Shown here: piece by piece, positions 60,772-64,000 of the stretch
Position numbering within the stretch: position 1 is the first letter of the stretch
Layout: the number at the start of each line of letters is the position of its first letter
Assembly (NCBI GenBank): GCA_965248355.1
Contig: OZ252098.1
Location: 1,024,001-1,088,000 of the forward strand
Origin: Candidatus Latescibacterota bacterium
GTDB lineage: Bacteria > Latescibacterota > UBA2968 > UBA8231
Length of the DNA stretch: 64,000 nucleotides
Direction: 5' to 3'
Notes under the pieces: model-generated
Database searches by the model: none
Told to the model about the DNA's origin: nothing
The model's input: only the letters and a program-made list of their open reading frames with translations
Made by a program: the position numbers and the translations under genes

Positions 60772-61871
60772 TGCCACATCCTTCCCAGTCCATCGGTCTG
60801 CCGGTGGACGAGCTCGATACGCCGGCCCTGCTCGTCGACCTGAATCGCTTCGAATCCAACGTGGCGCACCTGGCCGGGTACTGCCGCGATCACGGCGTCT
60901 CCTGGCGCCCGCACAGCAAGGCCCACAAGAGCCCGGAAATCGCCGCCATCCAGCGCTCCGCGGGTGCGATCGGGGTCACCTGCGCAAAGCTCAGCGAGGC
61001 CGAGATCATGGTCGACCACGGGGTCGAGGATGTGCTGCTGGCGAACCAGGTGATGTCCCATGCCAAGCTGTGCAGACTCTCCCGGCTCCAGGAGCGGGCC
61101 CGGGTGATCGGCATCGTCGACGCCGAGGAAGCGCTGCGCGCCGCCTCGGCCGCCGCCGTGGAGACCGGCCCCCCGATTCCGTTGCTCGTCGATGTCGACA
61201 TCGGCATGCACCGCACCGGCGTCTCTCCCGAGGCGGTGCTGCCCCTGGCGCGCCGGATCGCCAACGCGCCCGGCACCCGGCTCCTCGGCGTGATGGGATA
61301 CGAGGGCCACGTGCTCAACGAGCATCCGGCCGAGGTCAAGGAACGAGCCTGCCACGAGGCCCTCACCAACCTGGGGCGGGCCCGGGAAGAGCTGCTGGCC
61401 GACGGCCTTCCCTGCGAGATCGTGTCGGCGGGAGGCACGGGGTCGTACGCCCTCACCGCGGCCTGGGAGGGGATCACGGAGATTCAGGCCGGGGGCGGGA
61501 TCTTCATGGACGCCATGTACCGCGAGGTCTGCCACGTCGGCGAGGAGCTCGGCTTCGCTCTCACCGTGCTGGCCAGCGTCACCGGCCGGCATGGCGGCCA
61601 CATCGTCCTCGACTCCGGCTTCAAGACCCTGTCCGCCTTCCATTACCCGCCCCGGGCGCTCGACCGCGACGACCTGGAGTTCCGCTACCTGTCCGCCGAG
61701 CACGGCGTATTCGATATCCGGGGCGGCGGAGGCCCCGCTCTGGGCGAGCGTATCCACCTGCTGCCCGGGTACAGCGACTCGACCACCGTGCTCCACGACG
61801 CGTTTCTGGGAGTTCGCGAGGGCCGCGTCGAGTGCCTCTGGCAAATCCTCGGCCGCGGGGCCCTGACCTGA
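60771..61871 (+). CDS. DSD1/D-threonine aldolase-like PLP enzyme (alanine racemase fold)
   Basis: LDTPALLVD, RPHSKAHK, HRTG, GYEGH, SAGGTG, SAEHG. Confidence 0.85.
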   Translation: MPHPSQSIGLPVDELDTPALLVDLNRFESNVAHLAGYCRDHGVSWRPHSKAHKSPEIAAIQRSAGAIGVTCAKLSEAEIMVDHGVEDVLLANQVMSHAKLCRLSRLQERARVIGIVDAEEALRAASAAAVETGPPIPLLVDVDIGMHRTGVSPEAVLPLARRIANAPGTRLLGVMGYEGHVLNEHPAEVKERACHEALTNLGRAREELLADGLPCEIVSAGGTGSYALTAAWEGITEIQAGGGIFMDAMYREVCHVGEELGFALTVLASVTGRHGGHIVLDSGFKTLSAFHYPPRALDRDDLEFRYLSAEHGVFDIRGGGGPALGERIHLLPGYSDSTTVLHDAFLGVREGRVECLWQILGRGALT

Positions 61872-61878
61872 CGGCCAC

Positions 61879-63072
61879 GTGAACCTGCTCCTGGTCTCGG
61901 TCGACAGCCTGCGCCTCGATCACGCGGCCCGGGCCAGCGACGCCCAGGTGCACACGCCGCGCTTCGAGACCCTCACGGGCGGGTTCCATTTCACCGAGCG
62001 CTGCTTCTCCGTGTCCTCTGCGACCCGGCCGGTACACGCCACCCTGGTGACGGGTCTCTACCCCTTCGAGCACGGGATCCAGGGCCAGTACGACCAGCGC
62101 CTGCGGCCCGGCGCACCCCGCCTCTTCGGCCGCCTCCAGGAGGCCGGCTACCATGTCGGCTTGTTCTCGGAGGCCGCCTCGATCTTCCACGGCATCGATT
62201 TCGGCGCTCCCCTCCGGGACCTGGATCCGAGCCCGCCGGCCGGGCTGGCCCGCCTGCGGGCCTGGCTGGCGGAGACGGACGGCGCACGAAGACGCTGCCT
62301 CTTCGTGCACTACTGGAGCACCCACGCCCCCTATGGGGCCTCCGACGGCCTGGCCATGGGGGAGACGGCGCGACTTCTGCGCGGCGGGCGCTCCCAGGTC
62401 GTCAGGGAACGCTACCGGGCGGCGGTGGAGAACCTGTTCGAGCGGGGCCTTGCTCCCCTCCTCGAGCGGATCGACCTGGGGCGGTGGTCGATCGTGATCT
62501 TCGGCGACCACGGCGAGAGCTGGACCCCCGACGAGCTCTATCACGGCAAGACCCTGCGCAACTCCGTTCTGCGGGTGCCCTTGTGGGTGCACGTGCCCGG
62601 AGCCGGACGGATCGGGTGGGGACCCGGCGAGGTCGTCAGTCTCATCGACCTGTATCCCACTGTGGGCGGGCTCTGCGGCCTGGGGGAGATGGAGCCGGGC
62701 TTCGGGCGGGACCTGAGGCACCCCTCAGAAGGGCCCAGGTACCACCTGGCGGAGATCCGGCCCGGCGGCGACGACGATGCCCCGCAGAGGTCGCCGACGC
62801 CTCCCCCGGCCGCCGGGACGCGCTGGAGCGTCCTGGACCACCGCTACAAGCTGCTCGGCGGGGACGACGGCTGGGAACTCGTCCACACCTGGTCGGAGCT
62901 GCCGGCGCGCGGGGAGGGCCCAACGGATCTGGCCGAACCCTACCTGAAGGCTCGGAAAGCGATGCGGCGGCAGTCCCGGTGGACGAGAACCTCCCCGGAG
63001 CCGATCGCGGAGGGGGAGGACGAAGAACTGCGCCGGAGGCTGCGAGCCCTCGGCTACCTCGACGGCTCCTGA
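61879..63072 (+). CDS. Sulfatase-like/alkaline phosphatase superfamily hydrolase
   Basis: NLLLVSVDSLR.DH, T.P.H..L.TG, HAPY, GDHGE, RLRALGYL tail. Confidence 0.8.
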   Translation: MNLLLVSVDSLRLDHAARASDAQVHTPRFETLTGGFHFTERCFSVSSATRPVHATLVTGLYPFEHGIQGQYDQRLRPGAPRLFGRLQEAGYHVGLFSEAASIFHGIDFGAPLRDLDPSPPAGLARLRAWLAETDGARRRCLFVHYWSTHAPYGASDGLAMGETARLLRGGRSQVVRERYRAAVENLFERGLAPLLERIDLGRWSIVIFGDHGESWTPDELYHGKTLRNSVLRVPLWVHVPGAGRIGWGPGEVVSLIDLYPTVGGLCGLGEMEPGFGRDLRHPSEGPRYHLAEIRPGGDDDAPQRSPTPPPAAGTRWSVLDHRYKLLGGDDGWELVHTWSELPARGEGPTDLAEPYLKARKAMRRQSRWTRTSPEPIAEGEDEELRRRLRALGYLDGS

Positions 63073-63488
63073 TCCCTCGACGGGGGCACGGCCCTGCGCC
63101 TGATGGATGACTTGTAGCGCTCGGGCTCGAAGGCCTCCAGGGTGACGATGCGGCACGCCGGAAAGGCCTGGGCCAGACCCGGCGGCGCCTTCTGATCGTA
63201 CCCGAGAGCGATCACCTGCGGGTCGATGTCGGCCACCACCCGGAGAAAGTCGGCGCCCGGGTAGCCGAGACGGGCGTCGTCAACGGCTTCGTGCCCGGAG
63301 ACCAGCCGCAGGCGTTCGCTCTCTCCCTGGTCCGGCGCCTTCCCCTTGATGCGCAGCACGTTGGCATCGCGCGCCACGACGACGAAGAGCTCGTGGCCGA
63401 GACGCGCCGCCTGACCCAGGAAGGAATCGTGTCCCGGATGGAGGTGATCGAAGGTGCCGCAGCACATGACCCTCCCCCTCTCGCTCAT
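63054..63488 (-). CDS. Cytidylyltransferase-family FAD synthase (RibL-like)
   Basis: GTFDHLHPGH, VVVARD, ER...V, IALGYDQ, YKSS. Confidence 0.75.
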   Translation of the reverse strand: MSERGRVMCCGTFDHLHPGHDSFLGQAARLGHELFVVVARDANVLRIKGKAPDQGESERLRLVSGHEAVDDARLGYPGADFLRVVADIDPQVIALGYDQKAPPGLAQAFPACRIVTLEAFEPERYKSSIRRRAVPPSRDQEPSR

Positions 63489-64000
63489 GGGCGGCGGCCC
63501 TTCTCACTGGCTCGGCGGTCCACCCAGAACGGGACGCCATGCTCGCGGCTGAAGAGCTCGCCGAAGCGGTCGGCCTGATCGCGCCGGGCGAAGTAGCCGA
63601 TCCGGATGCGGACCCCGCGGTCCGAGGCCAGGCCGTAGGCGGGGTAGCCGAGGGCCTGGAGCTCCCGCAACCGCTCAACGGCCCGGGTGCTGTCCGCAAA
63701 GGTCCCGACCTGCACCGTGTACTCCCCCTTGGGGTCGAAGGGAATCCGATCCCCGGCGGGGGCCGGGGAAGCCGCGGCCTGGCCATCCCCCTCGCCGGCC
63801 TCCACCGACGGCGGAGGACTCCCGGGCCTCTCGGCTTCGGTGGACTCGGACACGATGGAACGGTCCCGCGAGCTGTCCGCGAGCACGTAGACGATCTCGG
63901 TGCGGGTATCCCCCGGCTCCTCGTCCCCGGACCCGGTGCGGTCGCCGGCACAGGCGTACAGGAAAAAGGAGATCCACGGCAGCAGGAGGGCGGGGCCCGG
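63485..64000 (-). CDS. SPOR-domain lipoprotein (5'-partial)
   Basis: Frame open to the window edge with LYAC lipobox; YTVQVGTF...RIRIGYF SPOR motif. Confidence 0.8.
   Translation of the reverse strand, partial: PGPALLLPWISFFLYACAGDRTGSGDEEPGDTRTEIVYVLADSSRDRSIVSESTEAERPGSPPPSVEAGEGDGQAAASPAPAGDRIPFDPKGEYTVQVGTFADSTRAVERLRELQALGYPAYGLASDRGVRIRIGYFARRDQADRFGELFSREHGVPFWVDRRASEKGRRP

Overview
GC-rich bacterial chromosome segment from a diderm organism (lipoproteins, a beta-barrel protein, TRAP transporter). The gene content suggests an uncultured lineage such as Latescibacterota, but that is inference only. Most of the window is housekeeping: hisI/pyrH/purB, a TatT-TRAP (TPAT) transporter, mreBC, HU, four tRNAs, miaA, der, rimP-nusA-infB-rbfA-truB-riboflavin kinase-rpsO-pnp, asnS and leuS. 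A long minus-strand block follows (mutL, hprK, rsgA, two prs paralogs, apt, hemB, metB-like, thrC, thiT, BMC genes), then ychF, NFACT, valS and a murQ operon. The standout is a ~1.2 kb island with AT-rich borders between the convergent leuS and mutL genes (33605-34825). It holds three dif-like 11-6-11 sites and a Cre-type tyrosine recombinase gene. Just upstream of that gene is a 34-bp loxP-like 13-8-13 inverted repeat lying over a perfect TTGACA-17-TATAAT promoter. This is a candidate new Cre/lox-type pair on a minimal Xer-exploiting element at the probable replication terminus. Other oddities: a likely pseudo-enzyme Prs paralog, RibF split into a lone kinase plus an archaeal-type FAD synthase, a plant-type threonine synthase/cystathionine gamma-synthase pair, a satellite BMC locus, a monoheme cytochrome-porin fusion and a candidate sigma54-driven sRNA. 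All calls come from reading motifs by eye; no database searches were run.
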